The translations under genes were made by a program, and so were the position numbers. From Thermodesulfobacteriota bacterium (GTDB lineage: Bacteria > Desulfobacterota_D > UBA1144 > Nemesobacterales > UBA2774): a stretch of 64,000 nucleotides of DNA. This document shows positions 27,446 to 37,952 of this stretch, in pieces. How positions within the stretch are numbered: position 1 is the first letter of the stretch; every line of letters begins with the position of its first letter. The notes below the pieces were generated by a model. That model worked only from the letters and a program-made list of their open reading frames with translations. It was not told the origin of the DNA and made no database searches. Where the stretch lies: assembly GCA_965223335.1 (NCBI GenBank), contig OZ244991.1, forward strand, positions 1,280,001 to 1,344,000, given 5' to 3'.

Positions 27446-28932
27446 TATTGGAGGATCTGCTGCGCGGGATCAATGTCCGCCGAGTGCTCGGGCCCCGTGA
27501 TGCGGAAATTGACGGTATATCGATCGATTCCAAAAGCGTTACGAAAGGAGACCTTTTTGTTGCAATAAAAGGTGCGAAATCTGACGGCCATAACTACATA
27601 GACTCAGCAATTAGCAAAGGGGCGAGTGCTGTGCTTGTCGAGGATGTACCCGATCAATTGAACAAGGGCATACCCGTAATTGAGGTAGCGGATACAAGGA
27701 TGGGGCTCGCAGATATATCTGCCAACTTTTATAACCACCCTACCAAAGATCTTGTGCTGGTCGGTATTACCGGCACAAACGGTAAAACCACTGTTACCTA
27801 TCTGCTCGAGTCTATTTGGGCGTACGAAGGTCTTAGCCCCGGTGTGGTGGGCACGATTGATTACAGATATAAAGGCAAGACCACCGCATCGAACATGACC
27901 ACACCCGAATCGCACGATCTTATGGAGACTCTGAGCACTATGAGGCATAGTGGGGTGAGCCACGTCGCAATGGAGGTGTCTTCACACGCGCTCGATAAGG
28001 ACAGGGTAAGGGGATGTGAGTTCGATGTAGCAGTTTATACAAATCTGAGTCAGGACCATCTGGATTATCACAAATCAATAGAAGACTATTTCGATGCGAA
28101 GAAAAAGCTTTTTACCGAAGTACTACCACAAAGCAGTAAGAGCATGCTCTGTTCTGTAATAAATCTAGACGATGAGTATGGCGAGCGTTTATCGAAAGAG
28201 GCCCGGGGCGAGATAGTGCTCTATTCAGTCGAAAACAGTAATGCAAATTTTTATGCCAAAAAAATTAACATAAGCGAGAAAGGTATATCGGCCATCATTA
28301 AGACCCCGGGGGATAACATCACAATCAATAGCGGGCTCCTGGGCAAACACAACCTATCCAACATCCTGGCTGCAGTGGCCACGGCCTATTCACTTGGGGT
28401 ATCGAGTGACACTATAGAGAAAGGGATTAATGAGCTTAAGTCCGTGCCAGGAAGGTTAGAGGCAATACAAAACCCCTTTGGGTTTACGATTCTGGTGGAC
28501 TATGCACACACGCCCGATGCATTGTCTAACGTGCTACGCGCGCTGCGTTCATTTACCAAGGGCAGAATCGTCACCGTATTCGGCTGCGGTGGGGACAGAG
28601 ACAAGACCAAGAGACCGCTTATGGGAGAGATAGGACGCGAGCTCTCGGACCTGTTGATCGTTACCTCGGACAACCCGCGCACAGAAGACCCAGAGAAAAT
28701 TATAGACGACATTGAAAAAGGAGTGTTCGGTGTAGACGACAGCAAAGAGAACTATTACAGGATCTCTGACCGAAGGTCCTCGATTAAAAAAGCATTGGAC
28801 ATTGCCAGAGAGCACGACACCGTGCTCATAGCGGGTAAGGGGCACGAGGATTACCAGATAGTGGGCACTACGAAGCATTCATTTGATGACAGGGAAGTTG
28901 CAAGAGAGATTTTAAGAGAAAAGTTAAATTAA
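27442..28932 (+). CDS. murE: UDP-MurNAc-dipeptide:meso-DAP ligase
   Basis: GITGTNGKTT, MEVSSH, DHLDYH, DYAHTPD, DNPR (DAP specificity), AGKGHE; ATG 27442 overlaps the ftsI stop (ATGA). Confidence 0.97.
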   Translation: MILEDLLRGINVRRVLGPRDAEIDGISIDSKSVTKGDLFVAIKGAKSDGHNYIDSAISKGASAVLVEDVPDQLNKGIPVIEVADTRMGLADISANFYNHPTKDLVLVGITGTNGKTTVTYLLESIWAYEGLSPGVVGTIDYRYKGKTTASNMTTPESHDLMETLSTMRHSGVSHVAMEVSSHALDKDRVRGCEFDVAVYTNLSQDHLDYHKSIEDYFDAKKKLFTEVLPQSSKSMLCSVINLDDEYGERLSKEARGEIVLYSVENSNANFYAKKINISEKGISAIIKTPGDNITINSGLLGKHNLSNILAAVATAYSLGVSSDTIEKGINELKSVPGRLEAIQNPFGFTILVDYAHTPDALSNVLRALRSFTKGRIVTVFGCGGDRDKTKRPLMGEIGRELSDLLIVTSDNPRTEDPEKIIDDIEKGVFGVDDSKENYYRISDRRSSIKKALDIAREHDTVLIAGKGHEDYQIVGTTKHSFDDREVAREILREKLN

Positions 28933-28939
28933 ATTCAGT

Positions 28940-30310
28940 GTGATTATGTTTACGGTGAGCGACGTGATAAAGGCTACGAATGGCGAGTTGTTATCGGGAT
29001 TAAAAGATAGATCCATTAAAGCTGTGTCTATAGATTCCAGAACTATAGGCGAGCAAGAGCTCTTCTTTGCGATACGGGGAGAAAACTTCGACGGCCATGA
29101 CTATCTGGAAGAGGTCTTTAGTCGAGGTGCTTCGGGAGCCATCGTTGAAAAAGAGCCGGGCACAGACCTCGGATCTAACACAGTTGTTAAAGTGCAGTCT
29201 ACACTGGGTGCGCTTGGGGACCTGGCATCGGCGTGGAGAAAGAGTTTCCCTCAATTGAAACTGGCTGCAATTACCGGATCAAACGGTAAAACGACTACTA
29301 AAGAGATGGCTTGGAGCATTCTGTCCATTTCAGAGCCTGTGTTAAAAAACAGCGGCAATTTCAACAACTTAATCGGCTTACCGCTAACACTATTGCAGTT
29401 AAAGCCCGAACACCAAAGTGCTGTGGTCGAGTTAGGGATGAACGACTTTGGCGAGATCGAACGTCTGGCGGAGATATGCGCACCCGATGTAGGGCTCATT
29501 ACAAATATAGGGAGTGCTCACCTCGAAAAGCTGGGCAGTGTGGACGGGGTGGCAAAGGCAAAAGGAGAGCTAGTCGAGAATTTTACCGATAACAATATTT
29601 TCGTTGTTAATATGGACGATGAAAGGGTGAGGACAATCGCCAGCTCAATTTCGTGTGAGAAGATTACATATGGGATTGAGTACAGCAACGCGCAGCTAAG
29701 GGCTACTGATATTAAATTTCATGGCACAGAGGAGATCGAGTTCGATCTCAATATCGATGGCAGAACCTATCCCGTAAAGATTAAGGGTATAGGCAGGCAC
29801 AATGTGATGAATGCGCTTGGGGCAAGCGGTATTGCGTTGGCATTTGGTTGTGGCGGTGAGGAAATAGCCCGGGGGCTTAGTAACTATAGACCAGTAGATA
29901 TGAGGCTCGAGGTACTACAGTCACGGACCGGTGCTAGTGTCATAAACGATTGCTATAATGCCAACCCCGACTCGATGCGTAATGCGATATCGGAGCTCAT
30001 GAGACTTAGAGGCGGAGGCGTGGCTATAGCGGTCCTAGGCGACATGCTTGAGCTCGGGGAGAGGAGCGAGCAGGCGCACCGGGAGCTTGGGGAATTTGCA
30101 TCCCACTCCGGTGTGGATTATCTGGTTGCGTACGGTAACTACGCAAGGAGTGTGATAGAGGGATTTGGTAAAAGCAAGCAGAGCTCGTTGGTAGAGACCC
30201 ACGGGGAAGCGGCAGAGATTGTATTGAGCATGGCTCAGGAAAATGATGTTGTACTGGTTAAAGGATCTAGGGGAATGAGGATGGAAGAAGTAGTGAACAG
30301 ACTGGTTTAG
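28940..30310 (+). CDS. murF: UDP-MurNAc-tripeptide:D-Ala-D-Ala ligase
   Basis: ITGSNGKTTTKE, NFNNLIGLPLT, ELGMN, NDCYNANPDS, GDMLELG, KGSRGM. Confidence 0.97.
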   Translation: MIMFTVSDVIKATNGELLSGLKDRSIKAVSIDSRTIGEQELFFAIRGENFDGHDYLEEVFSRGASGAIVEKEPGTDLGSNTVVKVQSTLGALGDLASAWRKSFPQLKLAAITGSNGKTTTKEMAWSILSISEPVLKNSGNFNNLIGLPLTLLQLKPEHQSAVVELGMNDFGEIERLAEICAPDVGLITNIGSAHLEKLGSVDGVAKAKGELVENFTDNNIFVVNMDDERVRTIASSISCEKITYGIEYSNAQLRATDIKFHGTEEIEFDLNIDGRTYPVKIKGIGRHNVMNALGASGIALAFGCGGEEIARGLSNYRPVDMRLEVLQSRTGASVINDCYNANPDSMRNAISELMRLRGGGVAIAVLGDMLELGERSEQAHRELGEFASHSGVDYLVAYGNYARSVIEGFGKSKQSSLVETHGEAAEIVLSMAQENDVVLVKGSRGMRMEEVVNRLV

Positions 30311-30324
30311 GGAGTGGTGAATAG

Positions 30325-31434
30325 GTGTTACATCTCCTCTATTTATTAAAAGAGGATTTTATACTATTTAATGTATTTAGGTACATAACATTTCGCTCTA
30401 TAGGTGCTGGGGTCACTGCGTTTGTGATCTGTATCCTGCTTGGCGGGGTGTTTATTGATTTTCTCACACGGCGACAGCTCCAAGAGAATATTCGCGACGA
30501 CGGCCCCCCCTCGCACAAAACCAAGGCGGGCACACCGACTATGGGCGGGGCATTCGTAGTCGTAGCTATAGCGGTGGCGTCGCTGCTATGGGTAAACCTG
30601 ACTAGTGCCGTTATATGGGTGGTGCTCCTATTCACATGCACTTACGGAGTGATCGGGTTTAGGGACGACTGGCTTAAATACACCAGGGGCAAGGGGATGA
30701 GCGCCAGGCTAAAGTTCTCTCTACAGGTAGGTTCTGCGTTTGTCTTCATCTTATTACTGATTACAGCAATAGACGGGTTTACGATGTCTATCCGCGCAGA
30801 TGAGGTGCAGAACTATAGCTATACCTCGGTCATATTCCCGTTCTTCAAAAAGATAGCAATCAATATGGGTTGGCTGTACATACCGTTTGCAATAATAGTG
30901 GTTGTGGGGTCGTCAAACGCTGTAAATCTAACAGATGGGCTTGACGGACTTGCAATAGGTTCAATCGCAGTGGTAGCTGCTACCTATCTTATATTCGCAT
31001 ACTTGTCGGGGCATATTGAGTTCTCGAGATACCTACAGATTCCCTACATCCCCGGGGGTGGTGAGCTGGCAGTGTTTCTGGCAGCGGTAGGGGGGGCGTG
31101 TTTGGGCTTCCTTTGGTACAACTCTCACCCGGCTGAGGTCTTTATGGGCGATGTGGGCTCGCTTGCATTAGGTGCGGCCATAGGTTCCGTAGCACTTGTG
31201 ATTAAGCAGGAAATTCTATTGGTAGTGGTAGGTGGATTATTTGTGGCGGAGGCAATGTCGGTAATTATTCAGGTGATTTCTTACAAGCTAACGGGTAAGC
31301 GGGTTTTTAAAATGGCCCCGTTACATCATCACTTTGAGCTTAGCGGATGGTCAGAGTCAAAGATTGTGATCAGGTTTTGGATCATATCTTTGGTGCTGTC
31401 GTTGTTCGCATTATCGACATTAAAGCTCAGGTAG
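30325..31434 (+). CDS. mraY: Phospho-MurNAc-pentapeptide transferase
   Basis: K.GTPTMGG, DD, NAVNLTDGLDGLA, FMGDVGS, MAPLHHHFE. Confidence 0.98.
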   Translation: MLHLLYLLKEDFILFNVFRYITFRSIGAGVTAFVICILLGGVFIDFLTRRQLQENIRDDGPPSHKTKAGTPTMGGAFVVVAIAVASLLWVNLTSAVIWVVLLFTCTYGVIGFRDDWLKYTRGKGMSARLKFSLQVGSAFVFILLLITAIDGFTMSIRADEVQNYSYTSVIFPFFKKIAINMGWLYIPFAIIVVVGSSNAVNLTDGLDGLAIGSIAVVAATYLIFAYLSGHIEFSRYLQIPYIPGGGELAVFLAAVGGACLGFLWYNSHPAEVFMGDVGSLALGAAIGSVALVIKQEILLVVVGGLFVAEAMSVIIQVISYKLTGKRVFKMAPLHHHFELSGWSESKIVIRFWIISLVLSLFALSTLKLR

Positions 31435-31440
31435 TGATAA

Positions 31441-32775
31441 ATGGAGATAAGTGGGCATAAGGTGTTAGTCGTAGGCGCGGGAAAAACAGGTTTAGAAGCT
31501 GCAAAGTTCTTAATGAACAAAGGAGCTCAAGTGACTATTAGCGATAGTGCACAGATGGATAGCCTCTCTCCCGAGATAAAAGCTCTGGGGAGCCGAGGTG
31601 TAAGAATCGAGGCCGGGGGACACGGGACTGATACATTCACCGGGGCTGATATGATAGTTGTAAGCCCGGGAGTGCCTCTAAGTATCCCGGTGCTAAAAGA
31701 GGCATCTCAGCACGGAGTGGAGATAATTAGCGAGATAGAGCTTGCCTCGAGGTTCATTGCTACGCCGATAATAGCGGTCACCGGTTCTAACGGTAAAACC
31801 ACCACGACTACTATGATTGCACGCATACTAGAGAGCGCCGGGCAAAGTGTTTTCCTTGGGGGCAATATCGGGACCCCGCCCATATCGATTGTTGAGAAGA
31901 GCGATGAATACGACTACCTAGTGCTCGAAGTAAGCAGCTTCCAGCTAGAGGCCACTGCACGATTTAAACCCCATATCGCACTGCTGCTTAATATTACGCC
32001 TAACCACCTGGACCATCACCAGAGCTACAAAGAATATATAGACGCCAAGATGAGGATTTTTAAGAACCAGACCCCTGATGATTACGCTATATATAACTCT
32101 GAGGACGGTGTAATAGATGAGAATATGCCTGACCTCGGTTCTGTGCCTGTTACATTCGGGTACTCGGACCGAGAAAACGGTGTGTGGTCTGACGGGCAAA
32201 TTATCCATTATAAAGACGAGAGCTTTGATCTACGCGGTATGAAGCTTGTAGGTAAACATAATATAGAGAATGCAATGGCTGCTGTAGCTGTAGCAATTAT
32301 AATCGGCTGCCCGCGGGAAATTATCGAGAGAGAGATAAGGGAGTTCCACCCGCTACCTTATAGGATTGAGTATGTGGGTGAGGTAGAGGGTGTGGCTATC
32401 TATAACGACTCCAAGTCCACAAGCCCTGCGGCCACGGCTAGTGCACTCAAAAGCCTCGGTCCCCGGACGATTCTTATAGCCGGTGGTAAGGACAAGGGTA
32501 CTAGCTTCGATGCTCTTATAGAGCCGATTAAACAGAATGCGAAACTATTGATATTACTTGGCGAGACGAAACACAGGATGAGGGACGAACTGGGGGAGGG
32601 TATAGAGACTCGGGTGGTGGACACACTTGAGGATGCGGTAAGTAATGCACTTGAGCATAGCAGCGAGGGGGATAAGATCCTTTTTTCGCCTGCGTGTTCG
32701 AGTTTCGATATGTTCGGTTCTTACGAAGAAAGAGGAAGGAGGTTTCAAGAGATTGTCAGCGGCCTCGGTAACTGA
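31441..32775 (+). CDS. murD: UDP-MurNAc-L-Ala:D-Glu ligase
   Basis: SPGVP, TGSNGKTTT, GGNIG, EVSSFQL, NDSKST, SPACSSFDMF. Confidence 0.97.
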   Translation: MEISGHKVLVVGAGKTGLEAAKFLMNKGAQVTISDSAQMDSLSPEIKALGSRGVRIEAGGHGTDTFTGADMIVVSPGVPLSIPVLKEASQHGVEIISEIELASRFIATPIIAVTGSNGKTTTTTMIARILESAGQSVFLGGNIGTPPISIVEKSDEYDYLVLEVSSFQLEATARFKPHIALLLNITPNHLDHHQSYKEYIDAKMRIFKNQTPDDYAIYNSEDGVIDENMPDLGSVPVTFGYSDRENGVWSDGQIIHYKDESFDLRGMKLVGKHNIENAMAAVAVAIIIGCPREIIEREIREFHPLPYRIEYVGEVEGVAIYNDSKSTSPAATASALKSLGPRTILIAGGKDKGTSFDALIEPIKQNAKLLILLGETKHRMRDELGEGIETRVVDTLEDAVSNALEHSSEGDKILFSPACSSFDMFGSYEERGRRFQEIVSGLGN

Positions 32776-33868
32776 TAAGAGAAGGAATTACGATTGGGGA
32801 GTAATAATATCGGTAATATTCCTTGTTGCTATGGGAGTGCTTATGGTCTATAGCACAAGCTCGGTCTATGCACTCGAGAAATTCGGCGACCCCAACTTTT
32901 TCTTAAAGCGCCACGCCATATATCTGTCTATGGGTATTGTTGCGATGGTGGTGATGATGCACATCGACTACAGGATTCTTAAAAAACTCGTGTTCCCGGC
33001 CTATTTGCTGGGATTGGCGCTTCTTATCATTGTGCTAGTACCCAGCATTGGCAAGCAGGTAAGCGGTGCGCGCCGCTGGATAGATATAGGTGCTTTTACG
33101 TTCCAGCCCTCAGAGGTTGCGAAATATATACTGGTCCTCTACCTCGCATATTCGCTTACAAAGAAACGCGATAAGCTCGACAGTTTTATAGTGGGGTTCG
33201 CATCGCACATTATGGTTGCGGGTGCATACATAATATTGATCCTTTTGGAGCCCGACTTCGGGACGGCAACAACGCTGTTGGTTGTTCTATTTGCCATGAT
33301 GTTTATAGGGGGTGTCAGAATAAAGTATATGGTGCCGCTTGGCGTCGTATCGGTAGTACTGCTTGTATTAGCGGTGCTTACCAAGGGCTACAGGATGAAG
33401 CGTGTGATATCGTTCCTTGACCCCTGGAAAGACCCGCTCGGTTCCGGGTACCAGGCTGTGCAGTCTTTTATAGCGTTTGGTCTGGGCGGGATATCAGGCA
33501 CGGGGCTTGGCGACAGTGCTCAGAAACTGTTTTTCCTACCGCAGGCTCACACCGATTTTATATTCTCTATCATAGGCGAGGAGCTTGGGTTTATCGGAGT
33601 CGTATTGGTAATACTGGCATTCATATTTTTATTCGTAAGGAGCCTTAAGGTAGCACTCAATGCGCCTGACCTGTTTGGCTGTTACCTTGTGTTCGGGTGC
33701 ATAATGCTCATCACACTGCAGGCTGCAGTGAACATGGCGGTGGCTGTGGGGTTGTTTCCGACAAAGGGGCTTACACTGCCGTTTATAAGCTATGGAGGTA
33801 CATCACTCGTTGCAACTTTGGGTGCTATGGGGATCATACTCAGCGTATCTAAAGCGAGAATAAAATGA
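32753..33868 (+). CDS. ftsW: Peptidoglycan polymerase FtsW
   Basis: GARRW, QPSEVAK, EPDFG, GYQ..QS, LPQAHTDFI, LPFISYGGTS; start uncertain, TTG 32753 chosen because AGGAGG lies upstream. Confidence 0.95.
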   Translation: MSAASVTDKRRNYDWGVIISVIFLVAMGVLMVYSTSSVYALEKFGDPNFFLKRHAIYLSMGIVAMVVMMHIDYRILKKLVFPAYLLGLALLIIVLVPSIGKQVSGARRWIDIGAFTFQPSEVAKYILVLYLAYSLTKKRDKLDSFIVGFASHIMVAGAYIILILLEPDFGTATTLLVVLFAMMFIGGVRIKYMVPLGVVSVVLLVLAVLTKGYRMKRVISFLDPWKDPLGSGYQAVQSFIAFGLGGISGTGLGDSAQKLFFLPQAHTDFIFSIIGEELGFIGVVLVILAFIFLFVRSLKVALNAPDLFGCYLVFGCIMLITLQAAVNMAVAVGLFPTKGLTLPFISYGGTSLVATLGAMGIILSVSKARIK

Positions 33869-34950
33869 AGATTATCATAGCCGGGGGAGGCACAGGCGGT
33901 CACATCTTTCCGGCCATTGCAATAGCAGATGAGATTACAAAACGAGGTTCTAACAACGTTGTGCAGTTTGTGGGTACTAAAAAAGGGTTAGAGAACGAAA
34001 TGGTTAGAGAACGAAACTACTCAATAGAGTTCATATCCTCAGGAGGCATAGTGGGTAAAGGCATATTGGACAGCCTAGCGGGCATGGTATCGGCCGCAAG
34101 AGGGCTATTTGAATCGTTTAGTATTATCCGCCGCTTTAAGCCCGATGCAGTGCTCGGAGTTGGGGGATATGCTTCAGGACCCATAGTACTTGCAGCGGCT
34201 ATACTCAGAGTACCTACCGCTATTTGCGAGCCCAACTCGTTCCCCGGGCTCACAAACAGGCTCCTGGGTAAGGTGGCGGGCAAGGTCTTTACCGCCTACC
34301 GAGCTGCTAGGGGTTTTTTCCCCGCCCACAAAATTGCGCTTACCGGCAACCCTGTGAGGCAGAGCATACTAGAGACTAACAATGAGAACGGAAATCCTGA
34401 CAACATACGAATACTAATTTTCGGCGGCAGTCAGGGGTCGGCGAGACTAAACGATTCGGTGCCCAAAGCCCTAGGTCTTATGGACAGAAAGGATATATCG
34501 GTGCTCCATCAAACGGGTAAATCGGATATGGAGAGTGTTAGAAAAACATATGACTGGTACGGGATCAGTGCTGAGGTCCTCCCGTTTATAGTTGATATGG
34601 CAGGCGCATACTCAAGAGCTGATTTTGTGGTTGGCAGGTCTGGTGCCGGAACGGTATCGGAGCTCACGGTGCTGGGCAAGCCGTCGCTGCTTATTCCATA
34701 TCCCTATGCCACTCACAATCACCAGCGCTACAACGCAAAGGAATTGGTCGACGAGGGGGCCGCTGTGATGCTAAGCGACAGTGACGCCACGCCCGAGAAT
34801 ATCGCACGGGTATTAACCGAGTTGTTTGAGGATGATAAATTGGTACAAATGGCTCAAAAAGCCAAAGCACTGGGAATGCCGAATGCAACCACTGATATAG
34901 TCGACGCTATTTATGAACTTGCCGGAGTGAGATTGTGTACGGGAGAGTAA
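33865..34950 (+). CDS. murG: UDP-GlcNAc:lipid I GlcNAc transferase
   Basis: GGGTGGHIFP, GGYAS, GNPVR, GGSQGS, RSGAGT, HQ..NA. Confidence 0.97.
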   Translation: MKIIIAGGGTGGHIFPAIAIADEITKRGSNNVVQFVGTKKGLENEMVRERNYSIEFISSGGIVGKGILDSLAGMVSAARGLFESFSIIRRFKPDAVLGVGGYASGPIVLAAAILRVPTAICEPNSFPGLTNRLLGKVAGKVFTAYRAARGFFPAHKIALTGNPVRQSILETNNENGNPDNIRILIFGGSQGSARLNDSVPKALGLMDRKDISVLHQTGKSDMESVRKTYDWYGISAEVLPFIVDMAGAYSRADFVVGRSGAGTVSELTVLGKPSLLIPYPYATHNHQRYNAKELVDEGAAVMLSDSDATPENIARVLTELFEDDKLVQMAQKAKALGMPNATTDIVDAIYELAGVRLCTGE

Positions 34951-36302
34951 AACAGGTGCATTTCGTGGGAATAGGCGGGATAGGAATGAGTGGAATTGCC
35001 GAGGTGATGCTTAACATGGGATATGAGGTGACAGGATCGGACCTACAGAGATCAAGCTCTGTGAAGAGGTTAGAGGGGCTTGGGGCCACGGTGCATATTG
35101 GACACGACGCGGACAATATACACGGTGCTGATGTGGTGGTTAGGTCCTCTGCGATAAGGGGGGATAACCCAGAGATCCAGGCCTCGTACACTGTAAACAT
35201 ACCGGTTGTGCAAAGGGCCGAGATGCTGGCCGAGCTTATGCGACTTAAATACGGTATTGCGGTTGCCGGCAGCCACGGCAAGACCACTACCACATCTATG
35301 ATAGCCACTGTGCTTACTCACGGTGGGCTCGATCCCACCATTGTTGTGGGTGGCAGGGTAGTGGCGCTTGGGACTAATGCGAAGCTTGGGCAGGGTGACT
35401 TCATGGTGGTGGAGGCCGACGAGAGTGACGGTTCGTTTCTATTGTTGTCGCCTGTGATCTCGGTGATTACCAACATAGACAAGGAGCACATGGACCACTA
35501 CAGGGATCTGGAAGAATTAGAGCAGGCTTTTGTGGAGTTTGCCAACAAAATCCCGTTTTACGGGTTGGCGGTGCTCTGCGCCGACTGTCCCAAGACACTT
35601 GAGATTGCAAAGAAGTTTCCGAGAAGGGCGCTAACATACGGGTTTAGTGACGATGCTGAGCTAAGCGCCGAAAATGTTGAGATAAAGGGATTCGAAACGA
35701 GGTTTCAGGTTGTTATGGATAATAATTTGCTTGGCAGTGTAACGCTCAATGTGCCGGGCTCACATAACGTGCTCAATGCCTTGGCATCTGTGGCTGTAGG
35801 GCTTGAGCTTGGGCTTAGCTTTGAGAGGGTACAAGAGGGTTTGGCCGAGTTTAGCGGTATTGAGAGGCGTTTGGAGGTTAAGGGCAGGAACGATGATTAT
35901 ATGGTGGTTGACGATTACGCCCACCACCCGGCAGAGATAGCGGTCACAATAGATACTCTAAAAAATTCACTATCCAGGAGATTGGTCGTTATATTCCAGC
36001 CCCACAGGTACTCACGCACCCAGAACCTATTTAATGAGTTCGCCACTGCATTCGGGGGTGCCGATGTGCTCTGCTTGCTAGACATTTATGCTGCGAGTGA
36101 GGACCCGATACCGGGTGTCGACAGCGAGAGCTTGGCCGAGGCTATACGTGACACAGGCCACGGGGATGTAAGCCATATATCGGACGAAGCTAAGCTCTAT
36201 GGATACATTGATGAGATATTAAAACCGGGTGACGTAGTGCTCACCCTTGGAGCCGGTAACGTATGGAGAATAGCCGAGAAGATAGCAGAGAGGCTAGGGT
36301 AG
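34935..36302 (+). CDS. murC: UDP-MurNAc:L-Ala ligase
   Basis: HFVGIGGIGMSGIA, AGSHGKTTTTS, EADESDGSF, DDYAHHP, FQPHRYSRT. Confidence 0.98.
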   Translation: MYGRVKQVHFVGIGGIGMSGIAEVMLNMGYEVTGSDLQRSSSVKRLEGLGATVHIGHDADNIHGADVVVRSSAIRGDNPEIQASYTVNIPVVQRAEMLAELMRLKYGIAVAGSHGKTTTTSMIATVLTHGGLDPTIVVGGRVVALGTNAKLGQGDFMVVEADESDGSFLLLSPVISVITNIDKEHMDHYRDLEELEQAFVEFANKIPFYGLAVLCADCPKTLEIAKKFPRRALTYGFSDDAELSAENVEIKGFETRFQVVMDNNLLGSVTLNVPGSHNVLNALASVAVGLELGLSFERVQEGLAEFSGIERRLEVKGRNDDYMVVDDYAHHPAEIAVTIDTLKNSLSRRLVVIFQPHRYSRTQNLFNEFATAFGGADVLCLLDIYAASEDPIPGVDSESLAEAIRDTGHGDVSHISDEAKLYGYIDEILKPGDVVLTLGAGNVWRIAEKIAERLG

Positions 36303-36304
36303 AG

Positions 36305-37201
36305 ATGCTGCTAAACGAGATTACACAGCTTGGTTGTGAGGTACAAAAAAACTACTCAATGAGTAGGTATACGTGGCTCCGTGTGGGTGGGGAGGCCGGT
36401 GGTGTGGTGTACCCATCGACTCTCCGTGAGTTTACGGATGTGCTGTCTATGGCGAGTGAACACGAGGTGCCGTGGGTAGTGCTCGGGGCCGGCTCAAATA
36501 CCATTGTGTATGACGAGGGGATAGAGGGGGTGGTGATCTGTACAAAGAAATTAAAGAGGATTGAGATCCTCGAAGGTGACAAGGTGCTTGCAGAGACGGG
36601 TGCCATACTGGGTACGATATTGAATCAAACCGTAAAAGCCGGGCTTACGGGGTTTGAATTCGCAGCGGGGATTCCCGGCACGGTAGGCGGCGGTGTGTAT
36701 ATGAATGCGGGCGCCAATAACGGCGAGATCAAGGATGTGATCGACACGGTATGGGTATGGAGAGAGGGGCGGGAGTACGAGTATAAGCGAAGCGAGATTA
36801 ACTTTGAGTATAGAAAGAGCAACCTGCCCGAGGGTAGTGTAGTGACAAAGGCACTTTTTCAGTTGAGCAGAGGAGATGTGGCGCAGAGTAAGCGGAATGT
36901 TAAGGAGTATATGGACAGAAGGGCGCGTACACAGCCCATCAAGATGTCGAACACTGGATCTATCTTTAAAAACCCGTCCGAGATTGCTGCGGGGCGCTTA
37001 ATTGAGGAGCTTGGGCTCAAGGGATACCGAATAGGCGGGGCCGAGTTTTCGGAAATCCACGCTAATTTCATAGTAAACACAGGTGGTGCTACAGCCGAAG
37101 ATGTGCTCAGCCTAATTGAGGTTGCAAAGAAAAAAGCGTTAGTCGAGCGCGGAATAAAGCTAGAAACCGAGGTAAAGGTAATAGGCATTAAAAAGGATTA
37201 G
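36305..37201 (+). CDS. murB: UDP-N-acetylenolpyruvoylglucosamine reductase
   Basis: RVGG, GAGSN, GIPGTVGG..MNAG, GSIFKNP, HANFIVN, LETEV; start set to ATG 36305 just after the murC stop. Confidence 0.96.
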   Translation: MLLNEITQLGCEVQKNYSMSRYTWLRVGGEAGGVVYPSTLREFTDVLSMASEHEVPWVVLGAGSNTIVYDEGIEGVVICTKKLKRIEILEGDKVLAETGAILGTILNQTVKAGLTGFEFAAGIPGTVGGGVYMNAGANNGEIKDVIDTVWVWREGREYEYKRSEINFEYRKSNLPEGSVVTKALFQLSRGDVAQSKRNVKEYMDRRARTQPIKMSNTGSIFKNPSEIAAGRLIEELGLKGYRIGGAEFSEIHANFIVNTGGATAEDVLSLIEVAKKKALVERGIKLETEVKVIGIKKD

Positions 37202-37202
37202 C

Positions 37203-37952
37203 ATGAAAAAAGCAATATTTAGATATTTACCAAGAGTCTTGTTGTTCATTATTTTCGTGACCGCGATCGGGTTTTTGGGCATGCTCACGCTACGCCTAAA
37301 TATCCTAGCAGTGAAAGACGTGGTGATTACAGGTAACCAGAGAGTGGATCAAGTGGAGATTGTAAAAAGATCGGGACTTAGAAAAGGGGAGAGCACAATA
37401 TTCTTTTTCGAGAGCAAGGTGCGTCGGAACCTCTTAAAAAACCCGTGGATAAAGGATGTGAGGGTGGTTAAGGACTATCCCTCGGGGGTAAAAATCGAGA
37501 TTGAGGAGTTTGTTCCCTACGCCTTAATGACGACTGAGCAGGGTGAGCTCTACTACCTTAGTGAGACCGGGCAGAGGCTGGGCAAAGGCACCATGGATGA
37601 GGGTTTGGACTACCCCCTGATACTAATAGGCGACAGCATGGTAAACGAAGCTCTTATGTCCGAGGCGCTTACTCTATTGCAGCTATCGCTGGTAAGCCAT
37701 GTGCTGGGGTGGGACCAGGTCTCGCAGCTCTACCTGGACTCTATTTACGGTATTACGTTCTATACCACGGACCGTAGGCGCATAGAGTTTAGCTCGGGTG
37801 ATATTAAAGAAAAATGGCAGAGGGTGGAGAAGATAATCAAACACGCGGAGTCAATGAACCTGCGTGAGTCTTACATCGATATAAGCCAGCTAGATATGGG
37901 AGTTGTGGATTTTAATATTGCGGTGCTCAACCAAGGAGTAGAGGATGGGTAA
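37203..37952 (+). CDS. ftsQ: Cell division protein FtsQ/DivIB
   Basis: N-terminal TM, POTRA (V..VVITGN...NPWIKDV.V...YP), YID near the C-terminus; immediately upstream of ftsA. Confidence 0.88.
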   Translation: MKKAIFRYLPRVLLFIIFVTAIGFLGMLTLRLNILAVKDVVITGNQRVDQVEIVKRSGLRKGESTIFFFESKVRRNLLKNPWIKDVRVVKDYPSGVKIEIEEFVPYALMTTEQGELYYLSETGQRLGKGTMDEGLDYPLILIGDSMVNEALMSEALTLLQLSLVSHVLGWDQVSQLYLDSIYGITFYTTDRRRIEFSSGDIKEKWQRVEKIIKHAESMNLRESYIDISQLDMGVVDFNIAVLNQGVEDG

